DNA of 64,000 nucleotides from Dehalococcoidia bacterium (GTDB lineage: Bacteria; Chloroflexota; Dehalococcoidia; Dehalococcoidales; RBG-16-60-22). Shown in pieces: positions 46,614-56,071 of the stretch; within the stretch, counting starts at the first letter, position 1; each line of letters begins with the position of its first letter. Under the pieces are notes generated by a model, which saw nothing but the letters and a program-made list of their open reading frames with translations, searched no databases and was not told where the DNA came from. Location of the stretch: the NCBI GenBank assembly GCA_011192005.1, contig DUFB01000062.1, forward strand, positions 12,074 through 76,073, read 5' to 3'. A program made the position numbers and the translations under genes.

Positions 46614-48464
46614 GTGTATCCTGTGAGTATTACATTGAGTAACCGAGTGATAAAAGAACAGCTTGATAGATTGCCTCACAAGCCGGGCGTATACCTCTTC
46701 CGTGACGCCGGCGGCAATATCCTTTACGTGGGTAAGGCCAACGACCTCCACAGCAGGGTGAGGTCGTATTTCAGCACTTCATCCCGGGTATCCCCCAAAA
46801 CCGCATTACTTGCCTCGCAGGTAGCTGATATTGATTTTTTTACCGTCACCTCGGGACAGGAAGCGCTGATTCTCGAGTTGAATTTCATCAAGCAGTACCA
46901 TCCGCGCTTTAACGTCCGTCTCAAGGACGATAAGACCTTCCCTTATCTTAAAATCGATATCGGTGAGGAATGGCCCCGTGTCTACAGGACCCGCCGCATG
47001 GAAGACGATGGCGGCCGTTATTTCGGGCCCTTTTCCAGCTCCAAGTCCCTCAAGGACACGCTGCGTGTCCTCCAGCGCCTCTTCCCTTTCCGCATCTGTA
47101 ACAAGAATATTACCGGCACCACCAGGCGCCGCCCCTGCCTCGAATACCACCTCGGGCACTGCCTGGCGCCGTGCACCGGCTCGGTCAGTAAGGAGGAATA
47201 CGACCAGGTTATCAGGGAAGTCATCCTCTTTCTTGAAGGCAGGCGCGATAAGGTTATCCGCGAGCTCAAAGCCAGGATGAATAAGGCGTCCGCCAGTACC
47301 GACTTTGAGAAGGCGGCGCGCCTAAGAGACCAGATTCAGGCGATGGAGGAGGTCATCGAAGGAGAGAAGATAGCATCTACGGTCAGAGGCGAACAGGACG
47401 TCATCGCTTTTATCCAGGACGAAGATAAAGCCTACGCTCAGGTTTTGTTTGTCCGCAGCAGCCGCATGACCGGCCGCGAGGGCTTTCTCCTTCAGGGTAC
47501 CCGCCACGAGGAACCCCGGCAGATAATCACCAGCTTTGTCAAGCAGTATTATTCCTCCTCCCCACGGATACCCCCACTATTGCTGCTCCAGTACCCCATC
47601 GAGGATAAAGAGGTCGTGAGAGACTGGCTGCGCAGCAAGCGGGGTGGGGCGGTGAGGATACAGGTACCGCGCCGCGGCGTTAAGAAGCAGCTGGTGGATA
47701 TCGCCGCCGAAAACGCCCGCCAGGGATGGGAGCAACTCAAGATAAAAGAGATGACGGCACCCCGGTCGCTGGATGCAGCTTTAGAAGAAATCGGGAAAGA
47801 ACTTAAACTCAGGAAAAAGCCGGCCCGGATGGAAGCCTACGATATATCCAATATTCAGGGTACCTCGGCGGTGGGTAGCATGGTCGTCTTCGAAGACGGG
47901 AGGCCAAAGCCGGCCCACTACCGCCGCTTTAAAATCAAAACAGTATCCGGCGCCAATGACTACGCCATGCTCCAGGAGGTCCTCAGACGCCGTTTCAAAC
48001 GGGGTAAAAACGCAGATGGATCGGATACCACGGCCTGGGGTATCATGCCCGACCTCGTTCTCATCGACGGAGGTAAAGGACAGCTTAATGCTGCCCTGGA
48101 GGTATTAAAAGAAAGTGGCGTTGACGTACCCGCCGCCGGCCTGGCCAAGGAGAAGGAGGAAATATTCCTGCCCGGCAGGAAAAGCCCGGTGGTCTTACCT
48201 AAATCGTCTCACGGACTCCAAGTACTCCAGAATATCCGGGATGAAGCCCACCGGTTCGCCGTCAGCTATTATACCCGGGTGCATCGCAGGAAGACCTTCA
48301 CCTCGGTGCTGGACAATATCCCGGGAATCGGGCCCCGCCGCAAGAGCGCCCTGATGCACCACTTCGGTTCCGTTCCCGCGATACGGGAGGCTTCCGTTGA
48401 CGAGCTGGCAGCAGCTACCGGCATGACATATGACCAGGCGAAGAAGATAAAGGAGTACCTGTAG
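46614..48464 (+). CDS. uvrC: excinuclease ABC subunit C
   Basis: GIY-YIG (PGVYLFRDAGGNILYVGKA..RV.SY), UvrB-interacting region, C-terminal RNase H-like + HhH2. An alternative start at GTG 46647 is possible. Confidence 0.95.
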   Translation: MYPVSITLSNRVIKEQLDRLPHKPGVYLFRDAGGNILYVGKANDLHSRVRSYFSTSSRVSPKTALLASQVADIDFFTVTSGQEALILELNFIKQYHPRFNVRLKDDKTFPYLKIDIGEEWPRVYRTRRMEDDGGRYFGPFSSSKSLKDTLRVLQRLFPFRICNKNITGTTRRRPCLEYHLGHCLAPCTGSVSKEEYDQVIREVILFLEGRRDKVIRELKARMNKASASTDFEKAARLRDQIQAMEEVIEGEKIASTVRGEQDVIAFIQDEDKAYAQVLFVRSSRMTGREGFLLQGTRHEEPRQIITSFVKQYYSSSPRIPPLLLLQYPIEDKEVVRDWLRSKRGGAVRIQVPRRGVKKQLVDIAAENARQGWEQLKIKEMTAPRSLDAALEEIGKELKLRKKPARMEAYDISNIQGTSAVGSMVVFEDGRPKPAHYRRFKIKTVSGANDYAMLQEVLRRRFKRGKNADGSDTTAWGIMPDLVLIDGGKGQLNAALEVLKESGVDVPAAGLAKEKEEIFLPGRKSPVVLPKSSHGLQVLQNIRDEAHRFAVSYYTRVHRRKTFTSVLDNIPGIGPRRKSALMHHFGSVPAIREASVDELAAATGMTYDQAKKIKEYL

Positions 48465-48466
48465 TC

Positions 48467-49441
48467 ATGCCGGCCAATCTCACGCCGCAGTATCTTGAAG
48501 CCGAGAGAAACTTCCGCATGGCGAAGACTACGCTGGAGAAAATCGCCTGCCTAGAAGAGATGCTTTCGATCATGCCCAAGCACAAGGGCACCGACCACCT
48601 CCGCGCTGACCTCCGCACCAAGATTGCCAAGCTGACCCAGTCGCTCGATAAGAAAACGGCCACGCAGCGTGCTTCGATGATGATTGAAAAGATGGGCGCC
48701 GGTCAGTTGGCGGTTATCGGCCCGCCCAATTCCGGAAAGTCGCAGATAGTCGCCAGTCTCACTAAAGCCACCCCGACGGTGGCATCCTATCCCTTCACCA
48801 CCCAGAACGCCACACCGGGCATGATGGCTTACGAGAATATCAAGATTCAGCTTATCGATACACCTCCCCTCAGCGAGCAGCCCCCCGAATGGTGGATTCT
48901 CAATATAATCAGGCGGGCCGATGCACTGCTCATCGTTATCGACCTCTCCAACGACCCACTATCACAACTGGAAACTATCATCGATAAGCTGTTGGAGAAG
49001 AAAATGGGACTCTGGCAGATTGAACCCGCGGATGAAGAATTACTAGTAACCGTTAAAAAGGCCCTGGTGGTCTGCAATAAAAAAGACCTGGATGTTGATA
49101 GTGAGAATTTTAATATCCTGAAGGAAATATACGGCGACCGCCTCAAACTTGTCGCAATCTCGGCTCAGGGGAGAAAACTTGATGAGCTCCGTCTGGCGAT
49201 ATTCCGCCTGCTGGATATCATCCGAATATACACCAAGGTCCCCGGCGGCAAGCCCGATTACGAAGATCCCATTGTGCTACCGACGGGTAGTACATTAGAG
49301 GAAGCCGCCGCCTCAGTGCACAAGGACTTCGCCAGGAAAATGAAATACGCCCGCATCTGGGGCTCCGGCAAACACGACGGCGTCATGGCCAGCAGAGACC
49401 ACGTTTTACAGGACGGGGACGTTATTGAGGTGCATGTTTAA
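48467..49441 (+). CDS. DRG/Rbg-type OBG-family GTPase with C-terminal TGS domain
   Basis: 324 aa. DRG-like N-terminal helix, G1 GPPNSGKS, G2 FTT, G3 written DTPP, G4 NKKD. TGS region IRIYTKVPGGKPDYEDPIVLP...YARIWG. Starts 3 nt after the uvrC stop. Confidence 0.75.
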   Translation: MPANLTPQYLEAERNFRMAKTTLEKIACLEEMLSIMPKHKGTDHLRADLRTKIAKLTQSLDKKTATQRASMMIEKMGAGQLAVIGPPNSGKSQIVASLTKATPTVASYPFTTQNATPGMMAYENIKIQLIDTPPLSEQPPEWWILNIIRRADALLIVIDLSNDPLSQLETIIDKLLEKKMGLWQIEPADEELLVTVKKALVVCNKKDLDVDSENFNILKEIYGDRLKLVAISAQGRKLDELRLAIFRLLDIIRIYTKVPGGKPDYEDPIVLPTGSTLEEAAASVHKDFARKMKYARIWGSGKHDGVMASRDHVLQDGDVIEVHV

Positions 49442-49515
49442 TACATGCGAATAAATAATATTATCAAATTCCTTCTTCTAACTTTCACTTACACATGAGG
49501 GGAGGTCGTTAAGGT

Positions 49516-49884
49516 ATGAAATACAACCACATTTATGCAGACCAAGCTGGTGAGTCCCATTTTAAGGATGCGAAAGTCGATTTTACAGAAACGAATTTTG
49601 CACCACCAGCACCACCTTTGAATCTCTCACCATTTAACCCCGCTACGCAATATGCTTTTTGTTCTTTCCCTGTCGGCTGGACAGGCGACTGGCACCCTAC
49701 ACCAAAACGGCAAATTTTCTTCATTCTCTCCGGTGAAGTTGCCGCACAGGTGGGCGATGGTGAAGTAAGACACTTTGGACCAGGAGATGTAGTGCTCGCG
49801 GAAGATACTACCGGTAAGGGCCATACTAGTTGGGTTATAAGTAAGACCGACATGCTTGCTGCAGTGGTACAATTACCAGACTGA
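49516..49884 (+). CDS. cupin-domain protein
   Basis: 122 aa. Small beta-barrel-like pattern (GDWHPTP...GEVRHFGPGDVV). GAGGGGAGG SD. Confidence 0.55.
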   Translation: MKYNHIYADQAGESHFKDAKVDFTETNFAPPAPPLNLSPFNPATQYAFCSFPVGWTGDWHPTPKRQIFFILSGEVAAQVGDGEVRHFGPGDVVLAEDTTGKGHTSWVISKTDMLAAVVQLPD

Positions 49885-49912
49885 ATATTCTGATAAAATA
49901 TATCTACATTAT

Positions 49913-50644
49913 CTACTCTAAAAACTGCTTAAGCATTTCAGCATTCTTCAGCGCAAATCCCTGGACATCATTATTGAAGTAGATGTATACCTCGTCCAGA
50001 TTCTCAGCCAGCTTTTTTATCTTCTCCGCCCAATCTCTCATTTCCTTATCGCTATAACAGCTCGAGTATAAGCTGTCCTTCCCGTGAAACCTGACATAGG
50101 CGAAATAAGTCGTCGCCAGCAGTGGACAGGATAAGCCCGGCATGTCGAAAACACACATCCCTGCATGATATTGGTTAAGAATATCATAAACCTCGTTCGC
50201 CAGCCACGATTCATGCCTGAACTCAAGCACATGTTTACATTCCTGCGGGAGGTCCCCCAGAAACGCCTTTAGTCTGGCGTCGTTGCGGTGCAGCCCGGGC
50301 GGCAGCTGGTACAGCACCGGCCCCAGCTTGTCCTTCAGCAGGGCAGCCCTTGACATAAAGTTACGAATTGCTTCGCCCGTATTGCTCAATCTCTTGATGT
50401 GCGTGACGGAGCGGCTCATCTTCACCGCAAAGATAAAGTCGGCTGGCGGGGTATCGTGCCAGTTTTTAAAAGCCTTCTCCGATGGCAGACGATAGAAAGT
50501 GTTATTGAGCTCTACCGTTGAAAAATGGGCGGCGAAGAACTCCAGCCATCTGGATTTCGGCAGCTTCTCAGGGTAGAAACGACCTTTCCAGTCGTCGTAA
50601 TGCCACCCCGACGTACCCACAATATATCGCGCCACCGCGTTCAC
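49913..50644 (-). CDS. DUF72-family protein (YecE-like)
   Basis: IVGTSGWHYDDWKGRFYP N-terminal signature of DUF72. The start is GTG 50644 or GTG 50635. Confidence 0.8.
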   Translation of the reverse strand: MNAVARYIVGTSGWHYDDWKGRFYPEKLPKSRWLEFFAAHFSTVELNNTFYRLPSEKAFKNWHDTPPADFIFAVKMSRSVTHIKRLSNTGEAIRNFMSRAALLKDKLGPVLYQLPPGLHRNDARLKAFLGDLPQECKHVLEFRHESWLANEVYDILNQYHAGMCVFDMPGLSCPLLATTYFAYVRFHGKDSLYSSCYSDKEMRDWAEKIKKLAENLDEVYIYFNNDVQGFALKNAEMLKQFLE

Positions 50645-50762
50645 CCCCGCTTTATTCTATCATCCAAGTACTGCTTTTCCAATCCGTAAGGTTTGACCGC
50701 CTTGCGTGTTATCGGCTATATTGAATTAAGCCCCTTTATTCAACGAGGAGTAAGAACGCCTT

Positions 50763-51404
50763 ATGAAACTTGCCGTGCAGTGTGATTTCGATGGTACTAT
50801 TACCGAGGAGGATATAAGCTTTCTCATCCTGGATACCTTTGTAGGAAACAGGTGGCGGGAAATGCTGACGGAATACCTGGAGGGCAGGATACCGGTCGGT
50901 GCTTTCAACAAGAAAGTTTTTGCCATGGTCAGGGCCGACAAGCAGACCCAACTTGACGTTATCTTTAATAGCGACCGCGTGAAGATACGACCCGGCCTCA
51001 GGGAACTGGTGGACTACTGCTCGCAGAAGGGCTATCGTTTCATCATCGTCAGCAACGGATTGACATTTTATATCGGGGCCCTCCTGGAACGAGAGGGAAT
51101 CAGGAATGCCGAGGTCTTCGCTGCCACCAATGAATTCCGTCCTGAAGGCATGATTGCCAGCTACATCGGTCCCGACGGACGGGAGATGGACGCCGGCTTT
51201 AAAGAGGCTTACACGAAACTGCTGATAAAAAACGGCTACGAAGTGGCTTACGCCGGCAATGGTGTATCGGATATTTATCCATCCCGACTTGCTAAAATCG
51301 TCTTCGCTACCGGCGACCTTCTCAGGAAATGCGAAGAGGAAAAGCTGGCTTACACGCCCTTCGATAACCTCCATGATGTCGTCAGGGGACTGAAAACACT
51401 GTAA
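50763..51404 (+). CDS. HAD-IB phosphatase (MtnX/PSPase-like)
   Basis: DxDxT motif (QCDFDGTIT), SNG motif (IIVSNG), GNGVSD C-terminal Asp motif. Confidence 0.75.
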   Translation: MKLAVQCDFDGTITEEDISFLILDTFVGNRWREMLTEYLEGRIPVGAFNKKVFAMVRADKQTQLDVIFNSDRVKIRPGLRELVDYCSQKGYRFIIVSNGLTFYIGALLEREGIRNAEVFAATNEFRPEGMIASYIGPDGREMDAGFKEAYTKLLIKNGYEVAYAGNGVSDIYPSRLAKIVFATGDLLRKCEEEKLAYTPFDNLHDVVRGLKTL

Positions 51405-51405
51405 A

Positions 51406-52182
51406 TCACGGGATATTAAGCGTTATACCAATCGGGCAATGGTCGGAGCCCATCACATCGGGCATGATGAAAGCTCCTGTAAGCGACGACAGCAGGTCGT
51501 CACTTACGTAGAAGTAGTCAATCCTCCAGCCCACGTTCCTGGCTCGTGCACCCGATTTCAGGTCCCACCAGGTATACTGACTCGGCTCCTTGTTGAAAAT
51601 CCTGAAGGTATCCACGTACCCGTGGTTAACGAACTTGTCCATCCATTTTCGTTCGATGGGTAAGAATCCAGATATCTTTGAGTTTTCCTTGGGACGCGCC
51701 AGGTCTATTTCCTTATGCGCCGTATTCACGTCGCCGCAGATTACCAGCTTACCGCCCTGTTTTCTCAGTTTTTCGGCATACTCCAGAAAGACGTCGTAGA
51801 AAGCCATCTTGTAGTCGAGTCTTTCCTGGTCTCTCTTGCCGTTGGGAAAGTAAACATTCATCAGTGTGAACGCGGGGTATTCAGCGATAATTACTCTCCC
51901 CTCGACATCCAAGCTGCCGTCTCCCAGGTCGTACCAGATATTCAGAGGCTCCTCCCCGGTATATAGCGCCACGCCGCTGTATCCTCTTCTCTCCGGGTAG
52001 CTCCAGTAAGCGTGGTATCCCTCCGGCTCCAGCAGGTCGGATTCAAGCTGCTCCGGCTGGGCCTTGGTCTCCTGCAGGCAGAGGATATACGGCGACTCCT
52101 TATAAAACCAGTCCAGGAACCCCTTATTCTTCACCGCCCGGATGCCATTTACATTCCAGCTAAGCAGCTTTATCTCTCTCAT
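51406..52182 (-). CDS. xthA: exodeoxyribonuclease III (AP endonuclease)
   Basis: LLSWNVNGIRA, LCLQETK, GDVNTAH, SDHCP motifs. Confidence 0.9.
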   Translation of the reverse strand: MREIKLLSWNVNGIRAVKNKGFLDWFYKESPYILCLQETKAQPEQLESDLLEPEGYHAYWSYPERRGYSGVALYTGEEPLNIWYDLGDGSLDVEGRVIIAEYPAFTLMNVYFPNGKRDQERLDYKMAFYDVFLEYAEKLRKQGGKLVICGDVNTAHKEIDLARPKENSKISGFLPIERKWMDKFVNHGYVDTFRIFNKEPSQYTWWDLKSGARARNVGWRIDYFYVSDDLLSSLTGAFIMPDVMGSDHCPIGITLNIP

Positions 52183-52289
52183 ATATACCCCGTTTGATAT
52201 CAGCTACGTATATTTATTATACTTTTAATATACAATAAATTCTATTTTTCATTTTCGTCATTATCACCACGGAAGGAAAAGGGTAAACC

Positions 52290-54800
52290 TTGGAGCAGGT
52301 ATTCACCAATCTTACCATCGGTGGGCCGATACAGGTCTACGTCAGGGACGGCAGAATAACCAGGGTGCGACCCCTGGTTCTCACCGATGATGATGCCGCT
52401 TCGTGGTCGATAACCGTCGGCGATAAGCAGTTCTCGCCTTATCGTAAAGCCTGCGTGGCTCCCTTTACAATGGTAGAGAAATCACGCATATATTCCGATG
52501 CCCGCATCAAGTACCCTCTCATTCGCGAGGATTTCGATCCCAGAGGCGACCGCCATCCTGAAAACCGGGGAAAATCGGGCTACCGCCGCATTAGCTGGGA
52601 TAAAGCACTGGATATCGTCGCCGACGAGATGAAAAGAATCCGCGCCGAATACGGCCCCGAGGCGGTTATGTCGCGCGCTTCCTCCCACCATAACTGGGGC
52701 AATATCGGCTATAGAACCTCGGCCTGGGCGAGGTTCTTCAATCTCATCGGCTTCACGGATATCCTTGATAATCCCGACAGCTGGGAGGGCTGGCACTGGG
52801 GCGCCACGCATACCTTCGGGTTCTTCTGGCGACTCGGCATGCCGGAACAGTACGACCTGCTGGAAGACGCACTGAAAAACACCGACCTCGTTGTGCACTG
52901 GGGCAACGACCCCGATTCCACCCGCGGTATCTACGGTGGCCAGGAGTCCATGGTCTGGCGGCTCTGGCTGAGAGAACTGGGGAAAAAGCAGATTTTCATC
53001 GACCCCTTCTGCAATTACACCGCCACCATTCTCGGCGACAAGTGGATAGCTCCCCGTCCCGGCACCGATGCTGCCATAGCTGAAGCCATTGCTTACGTAT
53101 GGATTACGGAAAATACATATGATAAAGACTACGTTTCCTCACGCACGGTCGGCTTCGAGGACTTCAAAAGACATATCCTTGGCGAGGACGACGGCATACC
53201 CCGAACACCGCAGTGGGCGACGGATATCTGCGATGTCCCCGCTCATAGCATCAAGAGCCTGGCCCGGGAATGGGCTGGAAGTCGCACGATGCTGGCGGCC
53301 GGTTCTCGCGGTGGCGAGTCGGGTGCCTGCCGCCAGGCTTATGGCACCGAGTGGGCGCGCCTCATGGTGCTCTTACAGGCGATGCAGGGCCTGGGCAAAC
53401 CCGGTGTTAATATCTGGGGCACCACCATGGGCTCGCCCTATAACGCCGAATTCAATTTCCCCGGCTACGCTTCCTTCGGACCAAGCTTCCTGAACGGATT
53501 TGCCAGGAAACCGGCGATAAACAGCGTCAGGCAGCGCGTCTACCGACTCCTCGCCCCCGAGGCTATCCTTAACCCTCCCATTCACTGGCTGGGAGAGACC
53601 TTCTGCGGGGAATCCCTGGAGCAGCAGTTCGTTTCCTTCACCTATCCTGCGCCGGGCTGCTCGGAAGTAACGATGTTTTACCGTTACGGTGGTTCGTTCC
53701 TCGGCACGCTTACCAGCACAAGCCGCTGGGTGAAGATGTACCAGAGCCCCAGGCTCGAGTTCGTCGTGAACCAGGACTGCTGGTGGTGCACCGAGACGGG
53801 TCTGGCGGATATTATCCTGCCTGCCTGCACCAACTTCGAGCGTTATGATATCGGCGAGTGGGCGAATACCGGCGGCTATACCCACCACGGCTCCAACGCC
53901 TGTAACCACCGCGTTATCGTCTACCAGAAAAAGTGCATCGAGCCCCTCTTTGAATCCAGGTCAGATTACGATATCTTCGCCGCGCTGGCAGAACGACTCG
54001 GCATCGGGGAAGATTACAGCGAGGGTAATTCCGAAGAGGACTGGATAGAGAAGGTCTTTAACTACTCTGACCTTCCCGAATATATATCCTTCGAGGATTT
54101 CAGGGAGAAGGGCTACTTTATCGTGCCCATGTCCGACAATTACCAGTCCACCCCCGGACTGCGCTGGTTCTACGAGAGCCGGGATTGCGATACCCCCGAT
54201 GCCTTTAATCCCAAGAGAAACACGCCTCAAGGCAAGGAACTGGGGACTTACAGCGGCAAGATAGAGTTCGTCTCGCAGAGCCTTTTAAAAAATCTCCCCG
54301 ACGATGAAGAAAGGCCGCCGCTGCCGCGTTATATCCCCAGCTGGGAAGGCTATAACTCGGAGGCGGTCAGGAAATACCCCCTCCAGCTTATCACCCCCCA
54401 TCCCCGGTTCTCTTTCCATACCCATTACGATTCCAATAACGACTGGCTCATGGAGATAGACTCCCACCGCGTCTTCAAGGACGGCTATCACTGGCATCCG
54501 GTGCGTATCCATCCCGCAGACGCAGCGTCGAGGAGTATTAGTGATGGCGATATTGTTAAAGTATTTAACGACCGCGGTGCCGTGCTTTGTATCGCTGAGG
54601 TGACCGAGAGGATAAAGCCGGGCGTGGCACATTCCTATTATGGCTCAGGCAAGTACGACCCGCTTGAGCCGGGCAATCCGTCCAGCATCGACAGGGGCGG
54701 CTGCGTCAGCATTCTCACGCCCGACCGGATGCTCTCCAAAAATACACCCGGCATGGCGCCCAACTCCTGCCTTGTACAGATTGAAAAGTGGGAAGGATAG
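52290..54800 (+). CDS. molybdopterin (bis-MGD) oxidoreductase of the DMSO-reductase family, lacking FeS and Tat motifs; pyrogallol-transhydroxylase-large-subunit-like
   Basis: 836 aa. TTG start behind GGAAGGAAAAGGG. No RRxFLK and only one Cys in the first 80 aa. Conserved blocks SSHHNWGNIGYR, NPDSWEGWHWG, ILPACTNFER, C-terminal barrel (RIHPADA...GDIV). Confidence 0.75.
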   Translation: MEQVFTNLTIGGPIQVYVRDGRITRVRPLVLTDDDAASWSITVGDKQFSPYRKACVAPFTMVEKSRIYSDARIKYPLIREDFDPRGDRHPENRGKSGYRRISWDKALDIVADEMKRIRAEYGPEAVMSRASSHHNWGNIGYRTSAWARFFNLIGFTDILDNPDSWEGWHWGATHTFGFFWRLGMPEQYDLLEDALKNTDLVVHWGNDPDSTRGIYGGQESMVWRLWLRELGKKQIFIDPFCNYTATILGDKWIAPRPGTDAAIAEAIAYVWITENTYDKDYVSSRTVGFEDFKRHILGEDDGIPRTPQWATDICDVPAHSIKSLAREWAGSRTMLAAGSRGGESGACRQAYGTEWARLMVLLQAMQGLGKPGVNIWGTTMGSPYNAEFNFPGYASFGPSFLNGFARKPAINSVRQRVYRLLAPEAILNPPIHWLGETFCGESLEQQFVSFTYPAPGCSEVTMFYRYGGSFLGTLTSTSRWVKMYQSPRLEFVVNQDCWWCTETGLADIILPACTNFERYDIGEWANTGGYTHHGSNACNHRVIVYQKKCIEPLFESRSDYDIFAALAERLGIGEDYSEGNSEEDWIEKVFNYSDLPEYISFEDFREKGYFIVPMSDNYQSTPGLRWFYESRDCDTPDAFNPKRNTPQGKELGTYSGKIEFVSQSLLKNLPDDEERPPLPRYIPSWEGYNSEAVRKYPLQLITPHPRFSFHTHYDSNNDWLMEIDSHRVFKDGYHWHPVRIHPADAASRSISDGDIVKVFNDRGAVLCIAEVTERIKPGVAHSYYGSGKYDPLEPGNPSSIDRGGCVSILTPDRMLSKNTPGMAPNSCLVQIEKWEG

Positions 54801-54890
54801 GTTAATATCAGATCACACCTTTACCACCCCGTCACGTAGAGAAAAAGGGCGGGAAGTTTAAGAGGGGCAGCAGCCCATCTTTTATATTTA

Positions 54891-54905
54891 GGGCGGGCGG
54901 GTGGG
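54891..54905 (+). other. canonical G-quadruplex motif
   Basis: GGGCGGGCGGGTGGG: four G3 tracts with 1-nt loops, in the convergent gap between the Mo-enzyme gene and tRNA-Gly. Confidence 0.6.
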
Positions 54906-54944
54906 AAGCAATATTACCAGGATAGTAGGTGTAATAAAAAGAAA

Positions 54945-55019
<75 letters not shown>

Positions 55020-55031
55020 CCGCTTAAGTTG

Positions 55032-55107
<76 letters not shown>

Positions 55108-55117
55108 AAACAGCTAT

Positions 55118-55146
55118 ATTTTACTGGAGTTTACACTGGTCGTCAA
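55118..55146 (-). promoter_or_regulatory. promoter of the tRNA-Phe/tRNA-Gly operon
   Basis: Reverse strand TTGACG (55146-55141), 17 nt, TAAAAT (55123-55118). The predicted start is a few nt before the mature tRNA-Phe 5' end. Confidence 0.65.
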
Positions 55147-55161
55147 GGAAATATTTTATGC

Positions 55162-55992
55162 CTAGCCCAACACCACATTATCAATTAATCTCGTCCTGCC
55201 TATGTTCACCGCCAGCGATACCAGTGCCTTATCTGATATCTTGTCTAGTTCTTGCAGCGACTCTGCGTTCGCCACACTTACATAGTCGATTTCCGCCAGC
55301 GGCTCTGCCTCTATCAACTCCGTCATTCTTCTGCGTATCGTGTTGGCGTCCCTCTCGCCGTCACTATATAGTTCCTCCGACAGCTTTAGCGCCTTGTATA
55401 AAACCTTCGCCGCCTGTCGCTGCTCTTGATTGAGGTACGTATTCCGACTGCTCATCGCCAGTCCGTCCTGCTCCCTTATCGTGGGACAGGCAACTATTTC
55501 CAGGGGCATGTTGAGTTCCCTCACCATCTTCTTTATCACCAGCAGTTGCTGGGCGTCTTTCTGTGCGAAATATGCCCGCGTCGGCTGTACTATGTTGAAC
55601 AGCTTGGTGCACACGGTCGCCACTCCCCGGAAATGCCCGGGTCGCCGGGCGCCTTCGAGTACATCGGTTATCCCCTCGATATCCACCCATGAATTATAAC
55701 CGGAGGTATAAAATTCCTCCGCCGACGGCAGGAAAACGATGTCGGTATAAGACTCCAGCATATAAAGGTCGCGCTGCTTATCGCGGGGATAATTTTTCAA
55801 ATCCTCATCGGGACCGAACTGGGTGGGATTGACGAATATACTTACGACCACTGTCCGGTTTTCTTCCCTGGCGCGCTTCACCAGAGACAGGTGTCCCTCG
55901 TGGAGGTAGCCCATCGTCGGCACGAATCCGATGGGTTCGTACAGCTGAGATCGGATCTCACGGTATCCGGCAATCGTCTCGACCGTCTTCAT
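55162..55992 (-). CDS. panC: pantoate--beta-alanine ligase
   Basis: PTMGYLHEGHLSL (HIGH-type) motif. 276 aa. AAAGGAGA SD. Confidence 0.95.
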   Translation of the reverse strand: MKTVETIAGYREIRSQLYEPIGFVPTMGYLHEGHLSLVKRAREENRTVVVSIFVNPTQFGPDEDLKNYPRDKQRDLYMLESYTDIVFLPSAEEFYTSGYNSWVDIEGITDVLEGARRPGHFRGVATVCTKLFNIVQPTRAYFAQKDAQQLLVIKKMVRELNMPLEIVACPTIREQDGLAMSSRNTYLNQEQRQAAKVLYKALKLSEELYSDGERDANTIRRRMTELIEAEPLAEIDYVSVANAESLQELDKISDKALVSLAVNIGRTRLIDNVVLG

Positions 55993-56018
55993 CTCGCTGT
56001 CTCCTTTACAATACCGAA

Positions 56019-56038
56019 AGAGGGGCGGGCGCCCCTCT
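56019..56038 (-). other. GC-rich intercistronic hairpin between panB and panC
   Basis: AGAGGGGC-GGGC-GCCCCTCT (8-bp stem, 4-nt loop). No clean U-tract follows on the coding strand. Confidence 0.6.
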
Positions 56039-56071
56039 GTAATGCTCTCTTATATTGAACTTATCGTCGGT

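Noticed and set aside
52183-52289. Moco riboswitch upstream of the molybdopterin enzyme gene
   Set aside because: The spacer is only 107 nt, very AT-rich and shared with the divergent xth promoter. That is too short and unstructured for the ~130-150-nt Moco RNA motif.
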